The position numbers and the translations under genes were made by a program. This document shows positions 1 through 10,945 of a stretch of DNA of 64,000 bases, in pieces. A model generated the notes under the pieces. It was not told the DNA's origin, did not search any database, and saw only the letters and a list, made by a program, of their open reading frames with translations. The number at the start of each line of letters is the position of its first letter. Within the stretch, counting starts at the first letter, position 1. The stretch covers positions 576,001 through 640,000 of the forward strand of contig CAWBAN010000001.1 in NCBI GenBank assembly GCA_963786935.1, written 5' to 3'. The stretch comes from an uncultured bacterium. GTDB taxonomy: Bacteria; Krumholzibacteriota; Krumholzibacteriia; Krumholzibacteriales; Krumholzibacteriaceae.

Positions 1-11
1 GGGAGGTTCTC

Positions 12-836
12 GTGACACGGATTCTCGCGCTTGACCGGGGAAACGATTCGCTCAAGGCCGCGCTCTTCGATTCGGGGACGATCGTCGCGAGGTGGCGGGA
101 GCGCGGCGCGCGTCCCGAGGATTCGCTCCGCGGGATCGTCCGCGAGATTGCCTCCGGCGCGGCCCGCGCGGACGGCGGGCGGCTCGGGCGGAAGGATCGC
201 GCCGGCCTGCGCGATACCCTCGCCGGCAGCGTGATCGTTCACAGCGTCGTTTTTTGCAGCGTCGATCCCCGGTGGACGGAGCGGATCGTGCGCGCGCTCG
301 AGCGCCTCGGCGCGAGCCGCGTTCTCGAGGTGAGCGCGCGGATCGACTTCCCGTTCGACCTTCTCGTGGATCGTCCCTCGAAAACCGGCCCGGACCGCCT
401 CGCCGCCGCGGCAGGGGTCGCCGCGGCGGGGGAGCGGGAAGCGATCATCGTGGACGCGGGGACCGCGATAACGGTGGATGTGCTCTCGAAGAAGGGATTC
501 CTCGGCGGCGCCATTTTCCCGGGAACGGCCCTCCTGTACCGGGCGCTGCATGAAGGCACGGCGGCGCTCCCGCTCGTGTCCGAACGCGGCGGAGCCGTCC
601 GCGCGCCGGGACGCAATACGAGGGAGGCGATCGTCGCCGGCGTCGAGGGAGGAACGGCGGGCGCCGTGAAAGAGCTCGTGGCGCGGTCCCGGGCCCGCGT
701 TTCGAAGCGCGCCCGCGTCTGGGTGACGGGAGGAGGGGGCGCCGGGCTCTCGAAGCGCCTCGGAAAAGGCGTGCGGTACGAGCCGGATCTCGTGCTCCGC
801 GGGCTCAAGTATCTCTTCGATCTCAACTGCGGCTGA
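12..836 (+). CDS. coaX: Type III pantothenate kinase
   Basis: Motifs LALDRGNDSLK, GPDR, IIVDAGTAITVD, FLGGAIFPG, VTGGG. Confidence 0.9.
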   Translation: MTRILALDRGNDSLKAALFDSGTIVARWRERGARPEDSLRGIVREIASGAARADGGRLGRKDRAGLRDTLAGSVIVHSVVFCSVDPRWTERIVRALERLGASRVLEVSARIDFPFDLLVDRPSKTGPDRLAAAAGVAAAGEREAIIVDAGTAITVDVLSKKGFLGGAIFPGTALLYRALHEGTAALPLVSERGGAVRAPGRNTREAIVAGVEGGTAGAVKELVARSRARVSKRARVWVTGGGGAGLSKRLGKGVRYEPDLVLRGLKYLFDLNCG

Positions 837-884
837 AAAATTCTTCTTGCGTTCTTGCCCGTTCGGGATTATATATCTCTGCAA

Positions 885-911
885 GTAGCAGTCTTCATAC
901 TAGAGTGCTAA
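885..911 (+). promoter_or_regulatory. CIRCE element (HrcA operator)
   Basis: GTAGCAGTC-N9-GAGTGCTAA versus consensus TTAGCACTC-N9-GAGTGCTAA; lies directly upstream of groES. Confidence 0.85.
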
Positions 912-945
912 CCCGGTTAAATCAAAGAAGAAAGGGGGAAAAGTC

Positions 946-1233
946 ATGAAGATTACGCCTCTCGGCGACAGGGTCATGGTCAAGCCCCTGGACCTCAAGG
1001 AGGTCAAGAAGGGCGGGATCATAATTCCCGACACGGCAAAGGAAAAGCCCATGGAGGGCGAGATCATCGCGGTCGGCAAGGGCCGCATCAACGAAACCAC
1101 CGGCGAGCGCATCGCGCCCGAGGTCAAGAAGGGCGACAAGGTGCTCTACGGAAAGTACTCGGGCACCGAGATCACCGTCGATGACGTCGAGTACCTGATT
1201 CTCAGGGAAGCCGATATCCTGGCGATTCTCTAG
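946..1233 (+). CDS. groES: Co-chaperonin GroES
   Basis: [33 protein letters not shown]; adjacent to groEL. Confidence 0.98.
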   Translation: MKITPLGDRVMVKPLDLKEVKKGGIIIPDTAKEKPMEGEIIAVGKGRINETTGERIAPEVKKGDKVLYGKYSGTEITVDDVEYLILREADILAIL

Positions 1234-1247
1234 ATCGGAAGGGGTGA

Positions 1248-2885
<1,638 letters not shown>

Positions 2886-2908
2886 GACGGTCGGGAAAGC
2901 GCTCTGCG

Positions 2909-2946
2909 ACGGGCGCTCCGGGGCACTCCCGGGGCGCCCGTTTCGT
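2909..2946 (+). terminator. Probable intrinsic terminator after groEL
   Basis: Stem ACGGGCGCTCCGGG / CCCGGGGCGCCCGT followed by a short T run. Confidence 0.6.
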
Positions 2947-3114
2947 ATCCGGTGCGCGGCGGAGGCCGGGCTTTCCGAATTCCGCGCAAAATTCGCTTGA
3001 ATTTCGGCTTACGCCCTCATATTTTTACGTAGAACACGCGCCCTCACATGGTTTCGCCGTGTCTCCGCACGATGGTACGGGCACTGTGCCGAAAACGAAC
3101 CGGGAGGTTCCGAA

Positions 3115-4791
3115 TTGAACCGCTATCCGCACTCGATGCCGGCGTCGCTCGCGATCGCCTTCATCTTCGCCTTCATCTTCGTCGCCGGATGCAGCAATGA
3201 AGAGACCGCTCCCGCGCCGGAGAATCCTACGACGATCACGCTCTCCGGTATTCTCTGCAATCCGCTCGCGCCGGCGCCTGGAGCGACGGCGCAGCTCACG
3301 GTCCGCGCGGAAGGGCAGGGGAGCGCCGCCGTGTTCGCGTGGGGCGTCGAAGCGGGACAAATCATCCCCGACACCATCCGGAACTCCGACGGATCGATCA
3401 ACCATCTCGACAGCACGTCGATCACGGTCAGGTGGAAAGCGCCGTCCGAGCCGGGCAACTACCGGATTACGGTCCGCGCGACCGCCGGGGCCGCCGTGAG
3501 AGACACCGCGGCGTGGGTGATGGTCCGCCAGTGCGAAGCGATCAACACGGGCATGCGGTACTCCTACTTTCCGACCCTCGTCGAGGGGGAGCTCTATTTC
3601 GTGGGCACGAGCGGCAATCCGACCGACCGCTCGTTCCTCGGGTATCACGCGTACAAGCAGGATATCCCTCCCACGCAGATCGACAGGCTGACCTCGCCCA
3701 TCATCAGCGGCGGGTATGAGTTCCAGTTCTACCCCGACGGTCTCATCACGGCTTCCATCACGGACGGCGCGGAATACATAAGGCTCCAGCCGACGAACGT
3801 GATTTTCTTCCCGTATTTCGCCGCGCTTCCGAAAATATACTGGTCGAACAACGAAAGCGGGGGCACGACGTACCGGAAGAACCAGAACATCAGTCCGAGC
3901 GTGAACGCGAGCCTCGAAATGGCCGTGTGGGAGCGCAACCAGGTCGGCGCCACCGATGACGGCAAGAAGGATCTCGTCAACATCAGATTCAGGTTCTCGA
4001 CGGGGCCGATTCAAACCCTGACGACCGCCAAGGATTCGATCTACCAGCTCGGGGCGTGGAACTACACGTACTGGAGGAACATCAAGCCGATGTTCTCCCC
4101 CGATGAAGCCATGATTATCTATTTCTGCGATTCGACCGACACGTTCGAGCCGTGCGTCATCCCGGTCATCGGCGTGGAGCCGGATCTCGCCGGCCGGCGC
4201 GCGTTCATGGTCGACGACCGTCGCGGCATCTTCTTCTACGCCGGCGTGGCCGTAACCGAAAGAACCATCTTCCAGTGGAATCCCCTGAATCACACGCAGG
4301 TCGCCTTCATCGACGATGCGAAGAAGTTCTGCGTCCTCGACTACAGCGCGGAAACCGTCGAGATCATGGCGGAGGGGATCAACGAGTTCGTCTTCTCGGA
4401 GGACGGCAAGATCGCCGCGGTCGCCGAAGACGGCGTCTATATCCTCGAGCCGGGCCAGACGGAGGCGAGACGCGTTTTCACGAAAGAGCGCGCGACCGAT
4501 GCGGTGATCGGCGTCAACTGGTCGCCCGGCACCGTGAACCAGCGGCTCGGCTTCCGGATGGTGCGCAAGGGCGCTTCCCCCATCGAGTCGTACGCCGTGC
4601 TCGTGATCTACTCGATGGACGACGGCCGGTGGTACTACGCCTCGCCCGAGATCAAGCCCGTGATGTCGATGGAACCGGATGTGAACTACAAATGGCTTCG
4701 GGCCGTTTTCAATCCGTTCAGCGGCGACATGTACGTTCCCGTTCCCCTCTCGACGGGGGGCGGAAGAGCCACTATCTACCGTTCCTACTGA
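3115..4791 (+). CDS. Uncharacterised lipoprotein (Ig/PKD-like N-terminus, TolB-like propeller segments)
   Basis: Hydrophobic signal with lipobox VAG-C; PMFSPD, FSEDGK and NWSPG motifs; GGGAGG upstream of the TTG start (alternative ATG at 3136). Confidence 0.7.
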   Translation: MNRYPHSMPASLAIAFIFAFIFVAGCSNEETAPAPENPTTITLSGILCNPLAPAPGATAQLTVRAEGQGSAAVFAWGVEAGQIIPDTIRNSDGSINHLDSTSITVRWKAPSEPGNYRITVRATAGAAVRDTAAWVMVRQCEAINTGMRYSYFPTLVEGELYFVGTSGNPTDRSFLGYHAYKQDIPPTQIDRLTSPIISGGYEFQFYPDGLITASITDGAEYIRLQPTNVIFFPYFAALPKIYWSNNESGGTTYRKNQNISPSVNASLEMAVWERNQVGATDDGKKDLVNIRFRFSTGPIQTLTTAKDSIYQLGAWNYTYWRNIKPMFSPDEAMIIYFCDSTDTFEPCVIPVIGVEPDLAGRRAFMVDDRRGIFFYAGVAVTERTIFQWNPLNHTQVAFIDDAKKFCVLDYSAETVEIMAEGINEFVFSEDGKIAAVAEDGVYILEPGQTEARRVFTKERATDAVIGVNWSPGTVNQRLGFRMVRKGASPIESYAVLVIYSMDDGRWYYASPEIKPVMSMEPDVNYKWLRAVFNPFSGDMYVPVPLSTGGGRATIYRSY

Positions 4792-4812
4792 TCGAAGCAT
4801 CGGTCCCGGCTG

Positions 4813-5997
4813 GTGTCCGTTCTCATGCGATCCAAGAGGCTCGAGCAGCTTCCGCCGTACCTTTTTGTCGAAATCGATAGGCTCAAGGAGTCGGCGCTCC
4901 GGAGCGGCCGGACGGTCTACGATCTCGGGATCGGAGACCCCGATCTCGGCGCCCCGCGCGAACTCGTCGCCGCGCTCGAACGAGCGCTCTCCAACGTGTC
5001 GCACCACCGCTATCCGCCGGGCCGCGGGCTGGGCCGGCTCATCGACTCGATACGGTCGTGGGCTCAGGGACGATACGGCGTCTCGATCGGTCCCGAAGAG
5101 ATCCTCGTCACCATCGGAAGCAAGGAAGCGATCGCGCATCTGCCGCTCGCGATCGTCAATCCGGGGGATTCGGTTCTGATCCCGGATCCGGGCTACCCCG
5201 TGTACTACTCATCGGCCGTCTTCGCGGGGGCCTCATGCGTCCGCGTTCCGCTCACCGAGGAGCTCGGATTTCTGCCGGCGCTCGACGAACTCGATCCGCG
5301 GGCCCTGAACGGGGCGCGCCTCCTGTTTCTCAACTATCCGAACAATCCCACCGCCGCCGTCGCCGGGGAGCGCTTCCGCCGCGGGGCGATCGAATTCTGC
5401 GGCGCGCGGGGCATCGTGCTGGCGAGCGACGCGGCCTACGGGGAGATCTGGTACGAGGAGCCGACCGTCCCGTTCTTCCGCGAGGCGCGCGAGGCGGGAA
5501 TCCCGTACATCGAGTTCTTCTCGTTCTCGAAGACCTTCTCGATCACGGGGTGGCGCGTCGGGTTCGCGATCGGTTCCCCGGAGATCATCGCGGCGCTCGC
5601 GCAGCTCAAGAACAACATCGACTCCGGCGTATTCGGCGCGATACAAGAAGCCGTCGCCGACACGATGGAACGCCATTACGACGCGATCATGGGCGAGATC
5701 CGCGGCGTCTATCGCGAGCGGCGCGACATCCTCGCCGGCTGCCTCGAGCGGGCGGGCTTTTCCTTCACGAAACCGCAGGCGACGTTCTATTTCTGGGTCC
5801 GCACGCCGGGGCGAAGAGGGTCGATCGATTTCTGCCGCGAGCTGCTGGAGGGATGCGGCGTCGTCGCGGCGCCGGGCATCGGCTTCGGCGAGCGGGGGGA
5901 AGGCTATTTCCGGCTGTCGATTACGGCCGCCACGGAGACCGTCCGCGCGGCGGGCCGGAAGATCGAGGAGCTCGGCGCGCGAATCACCGAAGGCTAG
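4813..5997 (+). CDS. Class I/II PLP aminotransferase, LL-diaminopimelate aminotransferase-like
   Basis: LPPYLF, LGIGDPD, NYPNNPT, SFSKTFSITGWRVG; start may be ATG 4825. Confidence 0.85.
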   Translation: MSVLMRSKRLEQLPPYLFVEIDRLKESALRSGRTVYDLGIGDPDLGAPRELVAALERALSNVSHHRYPPGRGLGRLIDSIRSWAQGRYGVSIGPEEILVTIGSKEAIAHLPLAIVNPGDSVLIPDPGYPVYYSSAVFAGASCVRVPLTEELGFLPALDELDPRALNGARLLFLNYPNNPTAAVAGERFRRGAIEFCGARGIVLASDAAYGEIWYEEPTVPFFREAREAGIPYIEFFSFSKTFSITGWRVGFAIGSPEIIAALAQLKNNIDSGVFGAIQEAVADTMERHYDAIMGEIRGVYRERRDILAGCLERAGFSFTKPQATFYFWVRTPGRRGSIDFCRELLEGCGVVAAPGIGFGERGEGYFRLSITAATETVRAAGRKIEELGARITEG

Positions 5998-6007
5998 GGA
6001 GGGATCC

Positions 6008-6382
6008 ATGCTCGAGGAGAAGATCGTTCTCAAGGGAATTACGGTGTTCGGATACTACGGCGTTTCACCCGTCGAGCGGGAGATCGGGCAGAAGCTCGAG
6101 CTGGATATCGAATTTCACCACGATTTCACGAAGGCGTGCGTGACGGACGCCCTCGAGGACACCGTGAACTACGAACGCGTGTACGCGAAGGTCATGGAAA
6201 CGGTCGAGGGGAACCGGTTCAACCTGCTCGAGACGCTCGCCGACGCGATCTGCCGGGCGATCCTCGACAACTTCCCCGTCGTGAAGTCGATCAAGACGAC
6301 GATACGGAAACTCACGCTGCCGTTCCCCAATTCGCTCTCGCACGTCGAGGTGGTCGTTGAGCGCTCGGCGCAGGACGCCTGA
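6008..6382 (+). CDS. folB: Dihydroneopterin aldolase
   Basis: GYYGV..EREIGQ, DTVNY, FNLLETLA; directly upstream of folK. Confidence 0.9.
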   Translation: MLEEKIVLKGITVFGYYGVSPVEREIGQKLELDIEFHHDFTKACVTDALEDTVNYERVYAKVMETVEGNRFNLLETLADAICRAILDNFPVVKSIKTTIRKLTLPFPNSLSHVEVVVERSAQDA

Positions 6383-6884
6383 GAGAACGGTCGTTCTCTC
6401 GCTCGGGTCGAACCTCGGACGCCGGGAGGAGCATCTCCTCGGCGGCGCCGCCGCGCTCGCGCGGTCAGGCGCTCTGCGGCTCGACGCATTGAGCTCGCTC
6501 TACGAAACCTCTCCGGTCGGCATCGATACGAGCCATTCGTTCATCAACGCGATCCTCATCGCGACGAGCGCGCTTCCGGCCCGGGAGCTCCTCGCCGCAT
6601 GCCTCGCGGTCGAGCGCGCGGCCGGAAGGCCGGCGGGCGGGGCGCCCCGCGACCGCACCCTCGATATCGACATCGTGTTCTGCGGCGGCGAAACGATCGA
6701 CGAGCCCGGGCTCGCGATTCCGCATCCGCGCTATGCCGAACGGCTCTTTGTCCTCGTTCCGCTCGCCGAGATCAGCCCCTCGTTCCGCGTGCCTCCGTCG
6801 GGAAGAGGGATCGCGGACGTCCTGCGGGCCTGCGTGACCGGCGCATGGGTGCGCAAGGTGTCCGGCCGTACTCTGATCCGCTGA
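6357..6884 (+). CDS. folK: HPPK (7,8-dihydro-6-hydroxymethylpterin pyrophosphokinase)
   Basis: LSLGSNLG, SSLYET, RTLDIDI, IPHP, RLFVLVPLAEI. Confidence 0.92.
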   Translation: MSARRRTPERTVVLSLGSNLGRREEHLLGGAAALARSGALRLDALSSLYETSPVGIDTSHSFINAILIATSALPARELLAACLAVERAAGRPAGGAPRDRTLDIDIVFCGGETIDEPGLAIPHPRYAERLFVLVPLAEISPSFRVPPSGRGIADVLRACVTGAWVRKVSGRTLIR

Positions 6885-6915
6885 ACTTCTTGAAAACAAA
6901 ATACTTGGAATGATG

Positions 6916-6944
6916 TTGACAGGCGGTCGGTTTTCCAATAGTGT
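6916..6944 (+). promoter_or_regulatory. Putative sigma70 promoter
   Basis: TTGACA-17 bp-TAGTGT with an AT-rich tract upstream. Confidence 0.6.
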
Positions 6945-6950
6945 AATGGC

Positions 6951-7628
6951 ATGCAGGATCTGAAAGGCAGACTCGCGGTGAACGGAATTCGTCTCATCGC
7001 GGTCGAGGGGAACATCGGCGCGGGGAAGACGACGCTCGCGAGGCTCATCGCGGAGGAGGCGTCCGCCGCCCTCTATCTGGAGGAAGTGGACGACAATCCG
7101 TTCATCTCGAAGTTCTACCATGACCGGAGGGCGTACGCGTTTCAGGCGCAGCTCTTCTTCCTCCTGAACCGGTTCCGGCAGCAGAGCGATATTTCCCAGC
7201 GGGATCTCTTCTCCGAGCTCATCGTCGCCGATTACCTGTTCGCCAAGGACAGCATCTTCGCCAACGTCGTTCTCGAGGATGACGAGCTCGTGCTCTACAA
7301 CAGGCTTCTCGAGCAGCTCAAGGGGAAGATCGTGAATCCCGATCTCGTGATTTATCTCCAGGCGTCCCCCGGCGTTCTCTACGACCGCATCCGCCGACGC
7401 GGGCGGAGCTACGAGAAGGGAATCACGGAGGAGTACCTCGGCGGCTTGAACGACGCGTTCAACCATTTCTTCTTCCATTACGAAGATTCGCCGCTCCTCA
7501 TCGTCAATACCGACCGGCTCGATTTCGCGGCGAGCCGCGAGCACCTCGAAGATCTTTTCGCGAGAATCACCGAGCGGTTCACGGGCACGCGGTTCTATGT
7601 TCCCTCGTGGGAACCGGGAGCGCCATGA
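6951..7628 (+). CDS. Deoxynucleoside kinase
   Basis: IAVEGNIGAGKTT, NPFISKFY, QLFFLLNR, PDLVIYL, RIRRRGRSYE. Confidence 0.92.
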   Translation: MQDLKGRLAVNGIRLIAVEGNIGAGKTTLARLIAEEASAALYLEEVDDNPFISKFYHDRRAYAFQAQLFFLLNRFRQQSDISQRDLFSELIVADYLFAKDSIFANVVLEDDELVLYNRLLEQLKGKIVNPDLVIYLQASPGVLYDRIRRRGRSYEKGITEEYLGGLNDAFNHFFFHYEDSPLLIVNTDRLDFAASREHLEDLFARITERFTGTRFYVPSWEPGAP

Positions 7629-8464
7629 GAGATAAAGTGACCAAGAACACGATCCTCGAGATGCGGGCGCGCGGGGAGAAGATCGTCGCACTGACGTCGT
7701 ACGACTGCCTGAGCGCGAAAATCGTGGACGAAGCGGGAGTCGATATGATCCTCATCGGCGATTCCCTCGGGATGGTCGTGCTCGGCTACGAGAACACCCT
7801 TCCCGTCACGATGGAGGAGATCATTCACCACACCAAAGCGGTGGCGCGCGCGCGGCCGAAGGCGCTCGTCGTCGCCGACATGCCGTTCATGTCGTATCAG
7901 GCGAGCGTCGAGGACGCCGTCAGGAACGCGGGGAGGCTCGTCAAGGAGGGGGGCGCCGAATCGGTCAAGCTCGAGGGGGGACATCGCTACGTGCCGGTGA
8001 TCGAGGCGATCGTGCACGCGTCGATGCCGGTCGTCGGGCATCTCGGGCTCACGCCGCAGTCGCTGCACGAGTTCGGGGGCTACCGCGTGCAGGGCAAGGA
8101 CAGCCGGTCGGCCGATCTGCTCGTGAGCGACGCCGTCGCCCTCGAGCGGGCCGGCTGCTTCTCCATCGTTCTCGAGGGGATTCCGTGGCAGCTCGCCCAG
8201 CGGATCACCGAGGCGATCTCGATCCCCACGATCGGCATCGGCGCGGGGCCCCGCTGCTCGGGACAGATACTCGTCATCACCGATTTGCTCGGGATACACG
8301 ACCGGCCCTTGCCGCGGTTCGTCAAGAAATACGACGAGCTCGGGACGCGGATGAAGGATGCGGTATCCGCGTACGTGCGGGACGTGAGGGAGGGGCAGTT
8401 CCCCTCCCTGGAGCACAGCTACGACGCGGAAGTCCGGAAAAAGGATCGGACCGCCGGGACATGA
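7625..8464 (+). CDS. panB: 3-methyl-2-oxobutanoate hydroxymethyltransferase
   Basis: LTSYD, LIGDSLGM, DMPFMSY, VKLEGG, GHLGLTPQS; ATGA overlap with the preceding gene. Confidence 0.96.
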   Translation: MRDKVTKNTILEMRARGEKIVALTSYDCLSAKIVDEAGVDMILIGDSLGMVVLGYENTLPVTMEEIIHHTKAVARARPKALVVADMPFMSYQASVEDAVRNAGRLVKEGGAESVKLEGGHRYVPVIEAIVHASMPVVGHLGLTPQSLHEFGGYRVQGKDSRSADLLVSDAVALERAGCFSIVLEGIPWQLAQRITEAISIPTIGIGAGPRCSGQILVITDLLGIHDRPLPRFVKKYDELGTRMKDAVSAYVRDVREGQFPSLEHSYDAEVRKKDRTAGT

Positions 8465-9360
8465 AGACCGTCACGACGCCTCGAGACGCGCGTCGAATCG
8501 TCGATGGAGCCAGAAAAGCCGGTTCGCGGATCGGGCTCGTTCCGACGATGGGCGCGCTGCACGCGGGGCACGCGAGCCTCGTCCGGATGGCCCGCGCGCG
8601 GACCGGATTCGTCGTCGCCTCGATTTTCGTGAATCCGAAGCAGTTCGGGCCCCGGGAGGACCTGGCCCGCTACCCGAGGACCTTCGAGGCGGACCGGCGC
8701 ATGCTCGAGGATCTCGGCTGCGATCTCCTCTTCCATCCGGAGACGTCCGCGCTCTACTCTCCGGCCGACCGCACGCGCGTTTCGGTCGAAGGCATATCGG
8801 ACGTTCTGTGCGGCGCCTCGCGGCAGGGGCATTTTCAGGGCGTGGCGCTCGTCGTGGCCAAGCTCTTCAACATCATCGGGCCCGACGAGGCCTTTTTCGG
8901 CCAAAAGGACGCGCAGCAGGCGCTCATCATCCAGCGGATGGCGGCCGATCTCGATTTTCCCGTGGCGATCAGGCTCGGCCCGACGGTGCGGGAGGCGGAC
9001 GGGCTCGCGATGAGCTCCCGCAACCGCTACCTCGTCCCGGAGGATCGGGCGCGGGCGGCCGCGATATACGCGGGGCTCTCCACGGCGCGCGCCATGATCG
9101 AGGCCGGCGAGCGCGATCCGGCGCCCGCGGCCGCGGCGATGCGCGAGGCGATGCGCGCGGCGGGATTCGAGGTGGAGTATGCGGTCGCCGTCACGGCCGC
9201 CACGCTCGACCGGCTCGACCGGATCGATGGAACGGTTCTCCTCGCGTGCGCCGGGCGTCTCGGCGGAACGCGCCTCATCGATAACGTGGCGCTCCGGGTC
9301 ACCGGCGGGACGGTCGAGGAAATCGTGCTCGAGTTCCCCGACTGGAGCAGATATGCGTGA
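8461..9360 (+). CDS. panC: Pantoate--beta-alanine ligase
   Basis: VPTMGALHAGH, SIFVNPKQF, FGQKDAQQ, GLAMSSRN, RLIDN; start trimmed to the ATGA overlap. Confidence 0.96.
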   Translation: MKTVTTPRDARRIVDGARKAGSRIGLVPTMGALHAGHASLVRMARARTGFVVASIFVNPKQFGPREDLARYPRTFEADRRMLEDLGCDLLFHPETSALYSPADRTRVSVEGISDVLCGASRQGHFQGVALVVAKLFNIIGPDEAFFGQKDAQQALIIQRMAADLDFPVAIRLGPTVREADGLAMSSRNRYLVPEDRARAAAIYAGLSTARAMIEAGERDPAPAAAAMREAMRAAGFEVEYAVAVTAATLDRLDRIDGTVLLACAGRLGGTRLIDNVALRVTGGTVEEIVLEFPDWSRYA

Positions 9361-9434
9361 CCGTCGGGGCGCGGGAACGAGCGGCTTCAGAGCCGTCGAA
9401 CGGTTCCGGACGGCCGAAAGGTTGATGAACGGGA

Positions 9435-9923
9435 ATGGATAGAATCTACGCACCGTGGCGGAGCGCCTATTTCTCGATGCCGAAGGGAGAAGGGTGCCTC
9501 TTCTGCGAGATACAGAAGGAGCGTGACGACGCGCGCGTGGGGATACTCGAGCGCGGGGCCCATTGGTTCGTCATCCTCAACATGTTTCCGTACACGAACG
9601 GCCACGTCATGATCGTCGCCGCGCGGCATATCGAGCGGTTCGAGGAGCTCTCGGCCGACGAGGGGCGCGAGCTCGTCGGGCTCATCGCCCGGTGCGAGCG
9701 GGCGATTCGCGAGGCGTATCGCCCCGACGGCATGAACGTCGGCGTCAACATCGGGCCGGGCGCCGGCGCGGGGATCGCGGGGCATCTCCACGTGCATCTG
9801 TGCCCGCGCTGGATCGGCGACACGAACTTCATGACGGCGCTCGCGGAGACGCGCGTCGTTTCCGAGGCGCTCGAGGAAAGCTACCGGCGGCTGGCGCCGC
9901 ATTTCGAGGGGAAGCGACCGTGA
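9435..9923 (+). CDS. HIT-family hydrolase (Ap4A phosphorylase-like)
   Basis: YAPWR, CLFC, LNMFPYTNGH, GAGIAGHLHVHLCPRW. Confidence 0.9.
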   Translation: MDRIYAPWRSAYFSMPKGEGCLFCEIQKERDDARVGILERGAHWFVILNMFPYTNGHVMIVAARHIERFEELSADEGRELVGLIARCERAIREAYRPDGMNVGVNIGPGAGAGIAGHLHVHLCPRWIGDTNFMTALAETRVVSEALEESYRRLAPHFEGKRP

Positions 9924-10351
9924 CGAGAATGGCCGGAAGGCGGAAACGGCGCCCGCGGGCGATCATCGTCGTCGCGTTGCTCGCCGGGCTCATCGGATTC
10001 TCGCTCGCCGTGCGCTGGCTCGGGCTCGGCGAGCGATTCGCGCGCGGGGAAGAGCCCGCGTTCCAGATAGAGGTTCTCAACGGAACGAGGGAGACGGGGA
10101 TCGCGATGGAAGTGACGAAGGATCTCCGGCTCCGGGGGATCGACGTCCTCATCGTCGACAACGCGGAGCGGCTCGATTTCCGCGAATCGGTCCTCGTCGA
10201 CCGGCGGGGCAATCCGCGCCTCATGCGGAGACTGTCGAAGACGCTCGGCTGCCGCACCGTTCTCGAGCAGATCCGGCCGGCCCCCCTCGTCGACGCCACG
10301 TATATCGTCGGCTCCGACCGGATCGGCGGATCCGCGCGCGGCGCAAATTAG
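9920..10351 (+). CDS. Membrane-anchored LytR C-terminal domain protein
   Basis: Basic N-terminus, one TM helix, IEVLNGT..GIA, VDNA, YIVGSD; GTGA overlap start. Confidence 0.75.
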   Translation: MTRMAGRRKRRPRAIIVVALLAGLIGFSLAVRWLGLGERFARGEEPAFQIEVLNGTRETGIAMEVTKDLRLRGIDVLIVDNAERLDFRESVLVDRRGNPRLMRRLSKTLGCRTVLEQIRPAPLVDATYIVGSDRIGGSARGAN

Positions 10352-10400
10352 GCTATGCGGTTTCCGGCGCGCGGCGTATATTGACCGAGGAGGTTATGCA

Positions 10401-10670
10401 GTGGCGGCGAAAAGACGTATCGGGCTCGTTGCTCTCGTATTTTTTCTCGGCGTGATCGTGGGGAGCGTCGTGGGAGAGGTGATCGGGCTCATTCTGCCCG
10501 AGGGAAACGTGATGAGAGATCTCTTCGTGTCCGGGAAAACGCTCGCCGTGGGTCCGGCCGAGCTCGATCTCCTCGTCCTGACGCTGACGTTCGGATTCTC
10601 CCTGAAGGTGAACCTCATCAGCGTTCTCGGCATCGTTTTCGTCGCGTTGCTGCTCCGGATATACGCGTGA
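10401..10670 (+). CDS. Small membrane protein (DUF4321-like)
   Basis: GAGGAGG RBS; G.IVGSVVGE...LDLLVLTLTFGFSLKVNLISVLG pattern. Confidence 0.75.
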   Translation: MAAKRRIGLVALVFFLGVIVGSVVGEVIGLILPEGNVMRDLFVSGKTLAVGPAELDLLVLTLTFGFSLKVNLISVLGIVFVALLLRIYA

Positions 10671-10945
10671 GAGAAAGGATGGACCAGATGCCAAGCTCTT
10701 CGTTCTTCGCGGCTCTCGGACCCGGATTCTGCTTCTTCGGGCCGATCGGCTGGCAGGAGCTCCTCATCATCCTCTTCATCGTGCTCCTGTTCTTCGGGCC
10801 GAAGCGGCTGCCCGACATGGCCGAGGCGCTCGGGAAATCGGTCCAGAAGTTCAAGAAAGCCTCGCGGGACACGCGGGACGAGATCGAATCCTACGCCGAA
10901 AAGCAGAAGACCGAGATCGGCGAGGGAAAGGACAAGCAAGGCTGA
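10667..10945 (+). CDS. tatA: Twin-arginine translocase TatA/TatE subunit
   Basis: FGPIGWQELLIILFIVLLFFGPKRLP...LGKSVQKFKKA; start uncertain. Confidence 0.88.
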   Translation: MRERMDQMPSSSFFAALGPGFCFFGPIGWQELLIILFIVLLFFGPKRLPDMAEALGKSVQKFKKASRDTRDEIESYAEKQKTEIGEGKDKQG

